The position numbers and the translations under genes were made by a program. Positions 1 to 8,997 of a stretch of 64,000 nt of DNA are shown one piece after another. How positions within the stretch are numbered: the first letter of the stretch is position 1; each line of letters begins with the position of its first letter. Source of the stretch: an uncultured virus (IMG/VR IMGVR_UViG_3300029258_004309) (taxonomy: Duplodnaviria; Heunggongvirae; Uroviricota; Caudoviricetes); the IMG/VR virus record IMGVR_UViG_3300029258_004309; one strand, written 5' to 3'. Below the pieces are notes generated by a model. That model saw only the letters and a list, made by a program, of their open reading frames with translations, had not been told where the DNA came from and made no database searches.

Positions 1-509
1 AACGGCGTTGCCGTTCCTCACGACGCCAACATCACGGGCGCCAACTTCGCCAAGCTGTTCGACGGCTCCGACCTCACAGGCCTCGGACTCCACACCCATG
101 GTGGAACGGGGACCGGCGGTGAGTTCACGGCCACGGCCAACGAGACCATCAACGCAGGCGCCGTTGTCGGCGTCGCCTATGACAGCACAGACGCTGGGGC
201 GTTCAACGTCGACATCGGCGCCAACTTGGGCGTCGACACCACCCCGTACCCCATCGGCTTCGCGGTTGCCGCCTCCACGGCCGGCAACCCCGTTCGCCTG
301 GTGAACTCGGGTGAGGTCACCGTTCCGGGAACCCAGTTCACGGGCGGGGCTCCCACGGCAGCGGACGTCGGCAAGCCGGTGTACGCTTCCGCCACGGCCG
401 GTCAGGTCACGTTGACTGCCCCCACATCTACCGCACGAGGGTCGGTTACCTGACCTCCCCCACCACGGTCGCCATCAACATCGGCGACCCGGTCTTCCTT
501 GCTGCGTAA
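1..509 (+). CDS. 3' part of a virion structural protein (Gly/Thr/Ala-rich, capsid-cement/fibre-like C-terminus), apparently frameshifted near 435
   Basis: Frame 1 is open from base 1 to a stop at 453 (...GKPVYASATAGQVTLTAPTS). The natural-looking ending RVGYLTSPTTVAINIGDPVFLAA* continues in another frame to TAA at 507-509. Confidence 0.55.
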
Positions 510-524
510 GTAGCGGGCTGACCT

Positions 525-554
525 GGGCGGCGGGGTGTGACAGCTCCGCCGCCC
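525..554 (+). terminator. GC-rich hairpin after the first gene (possible terminator or processing site)
   Basis: GGGCGGCGGGG...CTCCGCCGCCC inverted repeat; no U-tract. Confidence 0.35.
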
Positions 555-587
555 GCCACGTCTTCGGACGAGTAGGAGATAGAGAAG

Positions 588-3500
588 ATGGCTCTCGAGC
601 GCGCGATCACCATCAACAACAGTACTGGCGGCTCTCCGATCGGGGCGTTCGCAACCATCAACGATGGAGACACGCTGCTCGTTGCCGAGGGCATCCAGTC
701 GACCCAAACGGACATCACCATCACCCCGAACAGCGGGCAGGTGAAGCTTGTGGGCAACGCCCCGGTCATCAACTCTGGGTACTCCGGAGCCGACCAGGAC
801 GTCACCTTGTGGTTCGTGCGGGGCACCGGTGCCAACGTCGGCATTCGATGGGGCCAGACCGGCACCCAGACCATGGAGATTACCAACGACGGCACCAATT
901 GGTACTCCATCGCTACCGCCGGATCCTCCTTGATTGGCTACACGGAGGCCGCTGCCAACTATTCTACGGCTCTTGGCTCTGGTACCGCTGCTGCCGGCGC
1001 CCACGCAAACTCCGTCCTCGTAGGCTTTGAAGCTGGCGCTGCTTTGACTGGGGCCGACAACGTCATTATCGGCTATCGAGCCGGAAAGGCGATGACAACT
1101 GGCATCAACTCGGTGATCATCGGGTCCGGTGCTGCTGCACTAACAGCAGGATCTGCTGAAGACAACGTCATCATCGGTAAGGGGGCGTTTGCTGCCAACA
1201 CCGGTACATCAGACCAGAACATCATTATCGGTTCTGGGGCAGCGGCGAACTATAGCTCATCCAACGGCCACAACATAGTGGTTGGGTACCAGGCCGGTGC
1301 TGGTCTGGACACGGAATCGTATTGCACGATAATTGGATACCAGGCTGGTGCGACGGTGGGTGGCGGCAACGCCATCGCCATCGGGTATCAGGCAGGATAT
1401 CAGATAGGGAGTTACTCGGTTGCCATAGGCGATCAGGCCCTCTACGCTGCAACGGCGACCAACAACGACGTGGTTGCAATAGGCCGTCAAGCTGGCCGCA
1501 ACTCTAACGGTTACGGAACGGTTTACATAGGGCAGTATGCCGGGCGCAACGCTAACGGTGGCTATAACGTTGGCATCGGGTACACCGCTTTGGAGATGAG
1601 TGGAGCGAGTTATGCGGGGTTCAACGTCGGCATCGGGTACAGGACATTAGCCATCTTGAGTTCCGGTGATAGGAACGTGGCGCTTGGCTACCAGGCAATG
1701 GACGTTTCCACCAGTGCATCGAACTCAGTAGCCATCGGCAACTCAGCGTTAGGGTCGAATACGACCTATAGCGGCAACGTTGCGATTGGGTCGAACGCGA
1801 TGAGTGGGGCCAACGGTGGCACCGAAAACGTCGCCGTTGGGGCGTACGCAGGAGCCAGCATCACCACCAGCTACGGAGTCGCCGTTGGCTCGTATGCGGC
1901 ATACAATCGAACGTCGTTCTTGAATGGAGTCGCTCTGGGGAGGCAGGCCGGAAGTGGGGGCAGCGGCTCGGACTGTGTGTACATTGGAGAACGCACTGGA
2001 GAAAGTGTCACCGGCGACAATAACGTCGCCATAGGGTACAACTCACAACGGTATGCGCGCACTGGCACAAGCTCCAACAACATATCCATCGGGTACGAGT
2101 CCCTCAGGAGCAACACAACAAGCGCTGCCAACGACAACATCGCGTTTGGCTATCGGGCCTTGTACAGCACGGTAGCAACAGGCAACATCGCCCTTGGGAG
2201 GATGGCTGGGTACTCAAACACCACCGATAACTACCAAGTGTACATCGGGTGGGGCGCGGGGCTGGACAGCAACTTCAACTGTGAGGGGAACGTAGGTGTC
2301 GGCTACCATGCGCTTTACAACGTACGCGGCATTGGGAGCGGTGGCTGCGGACGGAACACGGCAGTCGGGTATCAGTCCCTCGAAGCCCTCACAATCAACA
2401 CCACGGACACGCAGGCGATCAGCAACACCGCGATTGGCTATCAGTCAGGCCTCAACATTGGGGATGCTGCCGATTACAACACGGCACTTGGTGCAGAGGC
2501 AATCGGCAGTGGGGCGTTGACCGCCAACAACAATACGGCAGTTGGCTTCCAGTCCCTGTACAACGTGACAGGTGGGGGCAACACTGCCGTGGGGACTGCG
2601 AGTGGAGACTCCATCACGAGCGGCGAGAATAACGTTTGCGTAGGGTACAACGCAGACGTATCCGCAAGCACTGACACGAACGAGATCGCAATCGGCTACG
2701 CTGTGACAGGCAAGGGGTCGAACACAACGGTGCTCGGCAACACATCCGTGACCGACACCTACGTTCGAGGCAACCTACGGGTCGGCAACGAATCCACTGC
2801 CGCAAAGTACCTCTACTTCCAGAACAGCACAGGCGCTACTCAGCCTGGTTTCCGGTGGTCGGGATCGGCCGTCGAATGGTCGAACGACGGTACCAGCTGG
2901 TACACGTTTGCGGCGGGAGGCACGTCGCTTACCGGTTACACCCAGTCCGCATCGCCATACGGTACTGCGCTCGGAAGCGGGACTGCTTCTTCCGGTGCCG
3001 CCCTGAACATGACCCTGCTCGGCTACCAGGCCGGTGCGTCGCTTACAACTAATGGCGACGACAACACCCTGTTGGGGTTTCAGGCTGGCTCCTCGATCAC
3101 TTCTGGGTATCAGAACGTATGCGTTGGGTCCAATACCGCCGTCAATGCTACGGCGAGCCTACAAGTGGCTGTGGGGTACAACGCGAGGGTCACGACCAGC
3201 CAGCCAGGGAGCATGCAATTCGGCAATGGTACCAACACGTATGCCAGTCGGACGGCACAGTTCGGGGATGCCTTCTACCAGTACATCCTGTACGCAAACA
3301 GCTACCAAAGCTATTCAGACGTGTCGCTGAAACAAGACATCGAATCGCTTTCCTCCGATGAGGGACTATCACTCATCCAAAAGCTTCGACCCGTATCCTT
3401 CCGCATGAAAACAGGCACAACTGAATACGAAAAGCGGAAGCGGTTTGGACTCATTGCCCAAGAAGTAAAGCTTGCGGTGGAGGAAGCCGGGGTTGGAGCG

Positions 3501-3641
3501 CGTAGCGTATACTTCGACGAAGGTGAGATCTGGGGGCTGGACTACAACCAGTTTGTAGCCCCATTGATCAAGTCAGTACAAGAACTATCCACGATGGTGA
3601 AAGAGCTTCAAGCAGAGGTGGCTCTGCTGAAAGGAACGTGA
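588..3641 (+). CDS. Tail fibre / receptor-binding protein with YadA-head-like beta-roll repeats and a C-terminal intramolecular chaperone (peptidase S74-like) domain
   Basis: Dozens of ~14-aa N(V/T)A(I/V)GYxA repeats. C-terminal SDVSLKQDIESL...LRPVSF...FGLIAQEV...LDYNQFVAPLIKSVQEL followed by a coiled coil. RBS AGGAG. Confidence 0.85.
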   Translation: MALERAITINNSTGGSPIGAFATINDGDTLLVAEGIQSTQTDITITPNSGQVKLVGNAPVINSGYSGADQDVTLWFVRGTGANVGIRWGQTGTQTMEITNDGTNWYSIATAGSSLIGYTEAAANYSTALGSGTAAAGAHANSVLVGFEAGAALTGADNVIIGYRAGKAMTTGINSVIIGSGAAALTAGSAEDNVIIGKGAFAANTGTSDQNIIIGSGAAANYSSSNGHNIVVGYQAGAGLDTESYCTIIGYQAGATVGGGNAIAIGYQAGYQIGSYSVAIGDQALYAATATNNDVVAIGRQAGRNSNGYGTVYIGQYAGRNANGGYNVGIGYTALEMSGASYAGFNVGIGYRTLAILSSGDRNVALGYQAMDVSTSASNSVAIGNSALGSNTTYSGNVAIGSNAMSGANGGTENVAVGAYAGASITTSYGVAVGSYAAYNRTSFLNGVALGRQAGSGGSGSDCVYIGERTGESVTGDNNVAIGYNSQRYARTGTSSNNISIGYESLRSNTTSAANDNIAFGYRALYSTVATGNIALGRMAGYSNTTDNYQVYIGWGAGLDSNFNCEGNVGVGYHALYNVRGIGSGGCGRNTAVGYQSLEALTINTTDTQAISNTAIGYQSGLNIGDAADYNTALGAEAIGSGALTANNNTAVGFQSLYNVTGGGNTAVGTASGDSITSGENNVCVGYNADVSASTDTNEIAIGYAVTGKGSNTTVLGNTSVTDTYVRGNLRVGNESTAAKYLYFQNSTGATQPGFRWSGSAVEWSNDGTSWYTFAAGGTSLTGYTQSASPYGTALGSGTASSGAALNMTLLGYQAGASLTTNGDDNTLLGFQAGSSITSGYQNVCVGSNTAVNATASLQVAVGYNARVTTSQPGSMQFGNGTNTYASRTAQFGDAFYQYILYANSYQSYSDVSLKQDIESLSSDEGLSLIQKLRPVSFRMKTGTTEYEKRKRFGLIAQEVKLAVEEAGVGARSVYFDEGEIWGLDYNQFVAPLIKSVQELSTMVKELQAEVALLKGT

Positions 3642-3642
3642 T

Positions 3643-3957
3643 ATGGCACTTCAGATCGCAAAAGAGACCCCCTCTGGAGTCAGCGTGGAGTATTGGCGGA
3701 TCAACCCGGTCATGACGATCGACATGGTGGAGCGCAAGGTGTACGCCAGGCTGATGGCCTACGTGTCGCAGGCCGCGCGTACGGGCGGCAAGAGGGAGGT
3801 CGTGATGGCCGACGAAGTCGTCGGCTTTGACGCCGTTCAGCGGATCGTGCTCGATGGTGCCGACTTCGGGACGGCCCTTGCGGCGGGTGAGTTCCGAGAC
3901 GTCATGTACGCGAAGCTCAAGACCGAGGACTTCTTCAGCGGGGCCGACGACGTCTAG
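3643..3957 (+). CDS. Small tail-associated protein (hypothetical)
   Basis: 104-aa ORF directly after the tail fibre; MALQIAKETPSGVSVEYWRI start resembles small phage tail accessory proteins. Confidence 0.55.
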   Translation: MALQIAKETPSGVSVEYWRINPVMTIDMVERKVYARLMAYVSQAARTGGKREVVMADEVVGFDAVQRIVLDGADFGTALAAGEFRDVMYAKLKTEDFFSGADDV

Positions 3958-4008
3958 TCTTGTACTTCCTTCTGTTTGGAAGTAACTTTCCGGCAGGAGG
4001 AAGAACAC

Positions 4009-4392
4009 ATGGCGCAGAAGAAGAGCAGTGTAAGGAAGACCATGGCGCAAAAGACCGCGAAGAAGGCTGCGAGTCCCGGTACCCCTCTCCCGTCCGGCGG
4101 GAAGAAGGTCACACCGAAAGACAAGAAGGCCGTCGACGAGATGAAAAAGGCGCTCGACGAGCAGCGTGAAGTTGTCGTGAGAGCGGCCGTTCAGTACGAG
4201 CAGGCCAAGACGATCCACAACCAGCAGGTCGCCAAGCTCTTGCAGCTCGATGGCGAGCTCACCGAGAAGGTCAAGTCGATGCTCGACAAGTACGAGCTCG
4301 ATCCCGAGACCAAGAACTACAGCTACAACTTCGACAGGGGCACCTTCACGGAAGTCGAGCCCCAGCAGCCGCCGTCGGCCCCCAAGGAGTAG
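4009..4392 (+). CDS. Hypothetical protein (Lys-rich N-terminus, coiled coil)
   Basis: ATG 4009 preceded by AGGAGG. Confidence 0.6.
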   Translation: MAQKKSSVRKTMAQKTAKKAASPGTPLPSGGKKVTPKDKKAVDEMKKALDEQREVVVRAAVQYEQAKTIHNQQVAKLLQLDGELTEKVKSMLDKYELDPETKNYSYNFDRGTFTEVEPQQPPSAPKE

Positions 4393-4395
4393 TAG

Positions 4396-7300
4396 ATGGC
4401 GTGCACGCCTCCAGGCTGGAGTACCCAGGCATGGGGCTGGACCCCTTGGGGTAGTCTTCCTGGGGGCAACATCCCGTTCCACGAGCCCTTCACGACGTAC
4501 TGTGTGGGGCCGTGCGGCGAGATGGAGGACATCCTGGCGTACCTGCCGGTGTCCATCTCTGGCGACTTCGGAACGAAGCTACCTGATCAAGACCTGTGCA
4601 TGTGGAGCATTGCCGGCCCTTCCGGCGTGGCGATCCCCACGGTGCTCACGATCGAGCACGTTCCGGACCCGAACTCTCCGGCGCCGGCGGGCACGCCCCC
4701 AAGCTGGACGCTCGAGCTCACGGCCGAGCTCGTCTCCCTCCCCACGGAAGTGGAGAACAGCGTTGAGCACGTTTGGTTTGGTGTGTGGGACGAGGACGGC
4801 AACTCGGTCGGCATCTACGTGTCGCAGACGCAGATTGGATGGGGGCCACGCGTGGGCGAGCAGCCCATCGGCATTCTGACCCCCGCGCAGCTCAACGGGT
4901 TCCACCTTGAGGAAGGTGTTTTCTACACCTTCCGCATCTCGGTCAACGACACGACGCAGGCCGTCTTCATCTACATCACGAAGACGGACGACCTTCTACA
5001 GCCCGGAGGCACCCACGCTTTGCGGGCCATCGTGCCGCTGCCAGGGCAGGTCGGCAGCCACACGGAAGCGACGACCGTCAGCGTGCGCGGCAGCGCCGGG
5101 CACGAGGTGCACATCTGCCTCGACTCCATCTGTCTGGCTCCCGCGTTCATGGCCCCGAACATGCCGCCGATTGCGGACGCCGGCGAGGAGCAGGAGATCA
5201 AGCTCTGCACCCTCGGCGAGCTCGACGGCACCGGCAGCTACGACCCTGAAGGCTCCCCGCTCATCTACTACTGGCGGCTGACGGACGGCCCCGTGGCCAG
5301 CCAGTACGTGTTCGAGGGTCTGGACGGAAGCACCCAGCCACTTGCTATCCCTACCGGCTTCACGAACATCCTGAGCACCACGCTCATGGACGACGAGTTC
5401 CTGAGCAAGGGGCTGCCGATTGGGATCGGTTCAGGGGACGTGCTTCTCATCGAGGGCATCGCCTACGACATCATCGCCGTCAACGCGACGGAGATCACCA
5501 TCAGCGGCGAGTTCCTCGAGGACAACTGGAGCGCCAAGTACTTCAAGGTGCTCAAGCAGTCCATCCTCGACGACCCCTCGAGCCCGACTCCGCACTTCTA
5601 CCCGGACGCCCCGGGCTTCTACCGTTTCGAGCTCATGGTCAGCGACGGCGGCATCTTCTCGGAGCCGGACGTGACGGTGGTCGCCGTCCGCGAGTCCCCC
5701 ATGCCCCGGGGCTGCACGCCGAACGTGGGGTTCATCTGGACCAACCTGTCCGACTTCTGGTCACTGGTAGAAGAAAGAGAAGTGATCGAGACCGTGTGGA
5801 GCGCGATCACGCAGATCGCCGCTGGTCAGCTGCTCACTTTGTGGCAGGTGGACTACAACAAGAGCCTGCGAGACATCCAGCGCTCGATGGTTCGCAAGTG
5901 GCTCTACTACGACCTGCTCATTCAGGAGCCCTTCTACGACCTGACCGAAGTCAAGAAGATGGACAACACGACCGGCTTCCTGACGGGCGCCGGCGGCGTA
6001 GTGCAGCCTCCTCCGTTGGGCGGTGTGACCTACGACTTGGACGCGGACTACAGCGGCGAGGACATCCAAGAGCACGACTGGCTCATCCTCGAGGGCGTGG
6101 GCTACCGAATCAAGAAGACCTCGGTCGTCGGCGGCGTGACGCGTCTGACTCTGTACGATGCCATTTACAACAACCCGCCCATCCCTTCTCTGCCGGACTG
6201 GACCATCGCACGGCCGACCACGAGCTCCCAGATCGACTTCTGGAGCGGGCTGGTGGTCGCCGGCGACAATGCCTTCGTCGAGGTGCTGAACAACGAGACG
6301 GGTGAGGTGTTGTACCTGCAGGTCGACGTGCTCGGTGCGGCTCCGGAGAAGCCGGGCGGCGTCGCCTTGGACCCCACGGAGTACCTGCCGTACACCGACA
6401 ACGACCTGTACACGCTGCACTTCATCGCGGTCTTCCGGCGGAAGTACACGCCGATCAACGACCGCATCCTGGACGTGCCGTACCTGCAGGTCATCCTCAA
6501 GGACCCGCCCGAAGACCAGGTACTTCAGCGCAACGTCGACTTCTTCATCGACATGTTCCGTGACCGTAAGTGCCTGCGCTTCGACAGCGTGTTCGTGCAC
6601 GAGGAGCCCGGGTCAACGGTCCCCATCATCATCGTCGACGACCCGACCCCGCCGGCGAGGTTGTGGGCTGAGTTCACGTACATCGACAACCGCCAGGTCA
6701 TCGAGTCGAACTTCGGCGTCGCTGCGGACTTCACCCTCGACGACCTCGAGAAGATCCAAGCGGCCTCCCCCGGAGACTTGGACTATCTGTCGGCAGTTCA
6801 AGGGCTCTGGTACGTCTTCTTCCACGCGCCCACGCCGTACAATCTGCGCATCGGAACGCAGATTCTTCTTGGTCTGCCGTTCTCGGAAGAAGATGGGCTG
6901 ATAGAGGAGATCAGGCCCAACTTCTCCGCGGCCGGCACGCGCGTCTTGATTCGGGACAAGGAGGAGACGGGCATCGTCCGATCCTACACCTACCAAGATG
7001 GGCTGGACTTGGAGATCAACCCGGAGACGGGGGTCGAGTACGTGGAGGGCGACTCGATCCAGAAGTTCGCTCCGCTGTCCACGGGCGTGGTCGTCTATGA
7101 CTACCTGAACAACCCGCAGTGGATGTCGGTCCTCATCAGTCAGGGCGTGTTTCGGGAGATCGAGAAGTTCCACAAGTTCTTCGTACGCATCGAGAGCCCT
7201 GCCTTCTCTTTGGCCGGCGCCGTGGCGGCGCGCAAGCTGGCGCTGGCGGTCAAGCCCATGCGTACCTATCCCCTTACTGCGGTTCGGTACGAGGTCGGGC

Positions 7301-8280
7301 CCGACGACATCGACATTACGGACATCATGGCCCTGACGGTCAAGCTCGGGCTGCACGACGGCCCATGCTTCGACTTGTGGGGGTCGGCCAACATCTGGAA
7401 TGAGGGCGATCCCGGCGTGGTCACCATCTTCCCGCCTCCGGATGGACGGCCTGATCTGTTGACGGCACCCCCGGTGCCCGGCGTGGACACCTTCACTCAT
7501 CACGAGAACCAGCCTTGGCCTCCGGCCCCTTGGTACTCGAGCTGGGAGTCGGAGTACACGACGCACGAGCAGCATGACGTCGGTATGGCGGGGCTGGACA
7601 AGGCAGGAGGCTTCCACGCCCCCATCGTGTGGCCGCAGTTCCTGGACCCGAACCCTGTGCCCCTCGAGTCCTGGGACTTCGAGCTCGAGGCCATCAGGTT
7701 GTACTTCGAGCTCGATGGGGCGGCCGAGGCGACGCCCACGTACGACCTCGACATTCTGGTCAACAGCTTCGTCGTGCTCACCCTTCCGTTCACGGTCATC
7801 TGGCAGACCAACCCGCACGGCGGCAACGACTTCTTCGAGCTGCGCCACGTCCTGCCGGCGTCCCTCACCATCAATTCTGGTGACACGGTTCAGGTGCGCC
7901 TCTCCCCCAGCGGCGTCGGCACGGGTAACCCGAACTGGACCAACGTCGAGGGTCTGCTCTTCGGCAAGTATCTGTACGAGAACCCCGATCTGATGTGGGG
8001 CTACGGCTATCAAGACCTGTGCCCTGACGACGAGATCCAGCTCACGCACTACATGGCGTGGGCCTCGCCCATGATGGTGCAGTACAACACCATCTTTTCC
8101 TACGGCCTGCCGGTGTACCCGGCTTACGTGGACCCGGTCACGAGCACCATCGTGCTGGACCTGGGCAACCCCACTCTGAGCGTGCCTCCCGGCAGCGGCC
8201 TACCCGGCTGGAGCTTCGGGCAGGTTTTGAATCCGCCCCCGCCCCCGTATACTGGGTACGCATCCATCAAGGTGATCTGA
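4396..8280 (+). CDS. Large virion structural protein, probably baseplate, with a PKD/Ig-like segment
   Basis: 1294 aa, acidic. PPIADAG...LDGTGSYDPEGSPLIYYW and FYPDAPGFYRFELMVSDG are PKD-like. Lies in the tail gene block. Confidence 0.65.
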   Translation: MACTPPGWSTQAWGWTPWGSLPGGNIPFHEPFTTYCVGPCGEMEDILAYLPVSISGDFGTKLPDQDLCMWSIAGPSGVAIPTVLTIEHVPDPNSPAPAGTPPSWTLELTAELVSLPTEVENSVEHVWFGVWDEDGNSVGIYVSQTQIGWGPRVGEQPIGILTPAQLNGFHLEEGVFYTFRISVNDTTQAVFIYITKTDDLLQPGGTHALRAIVPLPGQVGSHTEATTVSVRGSAGHEVHICLDSICLAPAFMAPNMPPIADAGEEQEIKLCTLGELDGTGSYDPEGSPLIYYWRLTDGPVASQYVFEGLDGSTQPLAIPTGFTNILSTTLMDDEFLSKGLPIGIGSGDVLLIEGIAYDIIAVNATEITISGEFLEDNWSAKYFKVLKQSILDDPSSPTPHFYPDAPGFYRFELMVSDGGIFSEPDVTVVAVRESPMPRGCTPNVGFIWTNLSDFWSLVEEREVIETVWSAITQIAAGQLLTLWQVDYNKSLRDIQRSMVRKWLYYDLLIQEPFYDLTEVKKMDNTTGFLTGAGGVVQPPPLGGVTYDLDADYSGEDIQEHDWLILEGVGYRIKKTSVVGGVTRLTLYDAIYNNPPIPSLPDWTIARPTTSSQIDFWSGLVVAGDNAFVEVLNNETGEVLYLQVDVLGAAPEKPGGVALDPTEYLPYTDNDLYTLHFIAVFRRKYTPINDRILDVPYLQVILKDPPEDQVLQRNVDFFIDMFRDRKCLRFDSVFVHEEPGSTVPIIIVDDPTPPARLWAEFTYIDNRQVIESNFGVAADFTLDDLEKIQAASPGDLDYLSAVQGLWYVFFHAPTPYNLRIGTQILLGLPFSEEDGLIEEIRPNFSAAGTRVLIRDKEETGIVRSYTYQDGLDLEINPETGVEYVEGDSIQKFAPLSTGVVVYDYLNNPQWMSVLISQGVFREIEKFHKFFVRIESPAFSLAGAVAARKLALAVKPMRTYPLTAVRYEVGPDDIDITDIMALTVKLGLHDGPCFDLWGSANIWNEGDPGVVTIFPPPDGRPDLLTAPPVPGVDTFTHHENQPWPPAPWYSSWESEYTTHEQHDVGMAGLDKAGGFHAPIVWPQFLDPNPVPLESWDFELEAIRLYFELDGAAEATPTYDLDILVNSFVVLTLPFTVIWQTNPHGGNDFFELRHVLPASLTINSGDTVQVRLSPSGVGTGNPNWTNVEGLLFGKYLYENPDLMWGYGYQDLCPDDEIQLTHYMAWASPMMVQYNTIFSYGLPVYPAYVDPVTSTIVLDLGNPTLSVPPGSGLPGWSFGQVLNPPPPPYTGYASIKVI

Positions 8281-8990
8281 TGCCCTTCAGCGAAGACATC
8301 GACCTCAAGGTCAACGTTCGAATCGAGGCCCGAGAGCGCGGCAAGCTCGTGCGCGTCCACGAGAGCCACAACATCTTCCTGAACACGGGGCGCGACTGGC
8401 TTCGTCAGCTGATGTCCTTTCGAGAGGCGCCGGATCCGATGCCTCCGGAAGGCGTGTACGTCGACCCGTGTCAGGGCGGCACCGTACCGTACTACAACAG
8501 TCGGCACTCTCTCATCAGGTACATGGCCTTGGGCATCGGTGGCTCCAAGCAGATCTATCCGGCCGCGGAGTTCTTGGTGCCGCCGCTCAGCCACTACCAA
8601 CCGCAGTCCTTCTTGCAGACGGACACCGACCCGCTGGTCTTCAAGCTCGAGATTCCGGTCGTGCTGGACCTTCTCGGTCAGCCCGTGCCGCCGCCGGCAG
8701 TGGGCCCGAAGTGGCTGGGGCAGATAGCCAATCCAGTTTTGCTCGGCACAGGCCCAGGGCACGTGAAGTACACCCGCTTGTTCGCGGAGGCCGAGATCTC
8801 TGTTCCTCCATTCGACAACGTCCCTCTCTCGGAGATCGGTCTGTACATCGACGATCCGGACCCGAACTACATACTGACGAAGCCTGACCCGGTCGCACCC
8901 CCGTACAACCTGGTCGCCTACGACCAGTTCAACACCATCGTGAAGACCAACGCCATCGCCCTGCAGGTCGATTGGACGTTCCGCATCTGA
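8280..8990 (+). CDS. Baseplate wedge / tail-fibre-attachment-like protein
   Basis: TGATG coupling with upstream gene. HNIFLNTGR...YMALGIG...LSEIGLY...LVAYDQFNTIVKT...LQVDWTFRI pattern is typical of baseplate/collar proteins. Confidence 0.6.
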   Translation: MPFSEDIDLKVNVRIEARERGKLVRVHESHNIFLNTGRDWLRQLMSFREAPDPMPPEGVYVDPCQGGTVPYYNSRHSLIRYMALGIGGSKQIYPAAEFLVPPLSHYQPQSFLQTDTDPLVFKLEIPVVLDLLGQPVPPPAVGPKWLGQIANPVLLGTGPGHVKYTRLFAEAEISVPPFDNVPLSEIGLYIDDPDPNYILTKPDPVAPPYNLVAYDQFNTIVKTNAIALQVDWTFRI

Positions 8991-8997
8991 GGTTGCA

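Noticed and set aside
588..3641. Diversity-generating retroelement or bacterial autotransporter
   Set aside because: No reverse transcriptase or TR/VR pair seen; the C-terminus is an S74-type chaperone, not a beta-barrel anchor
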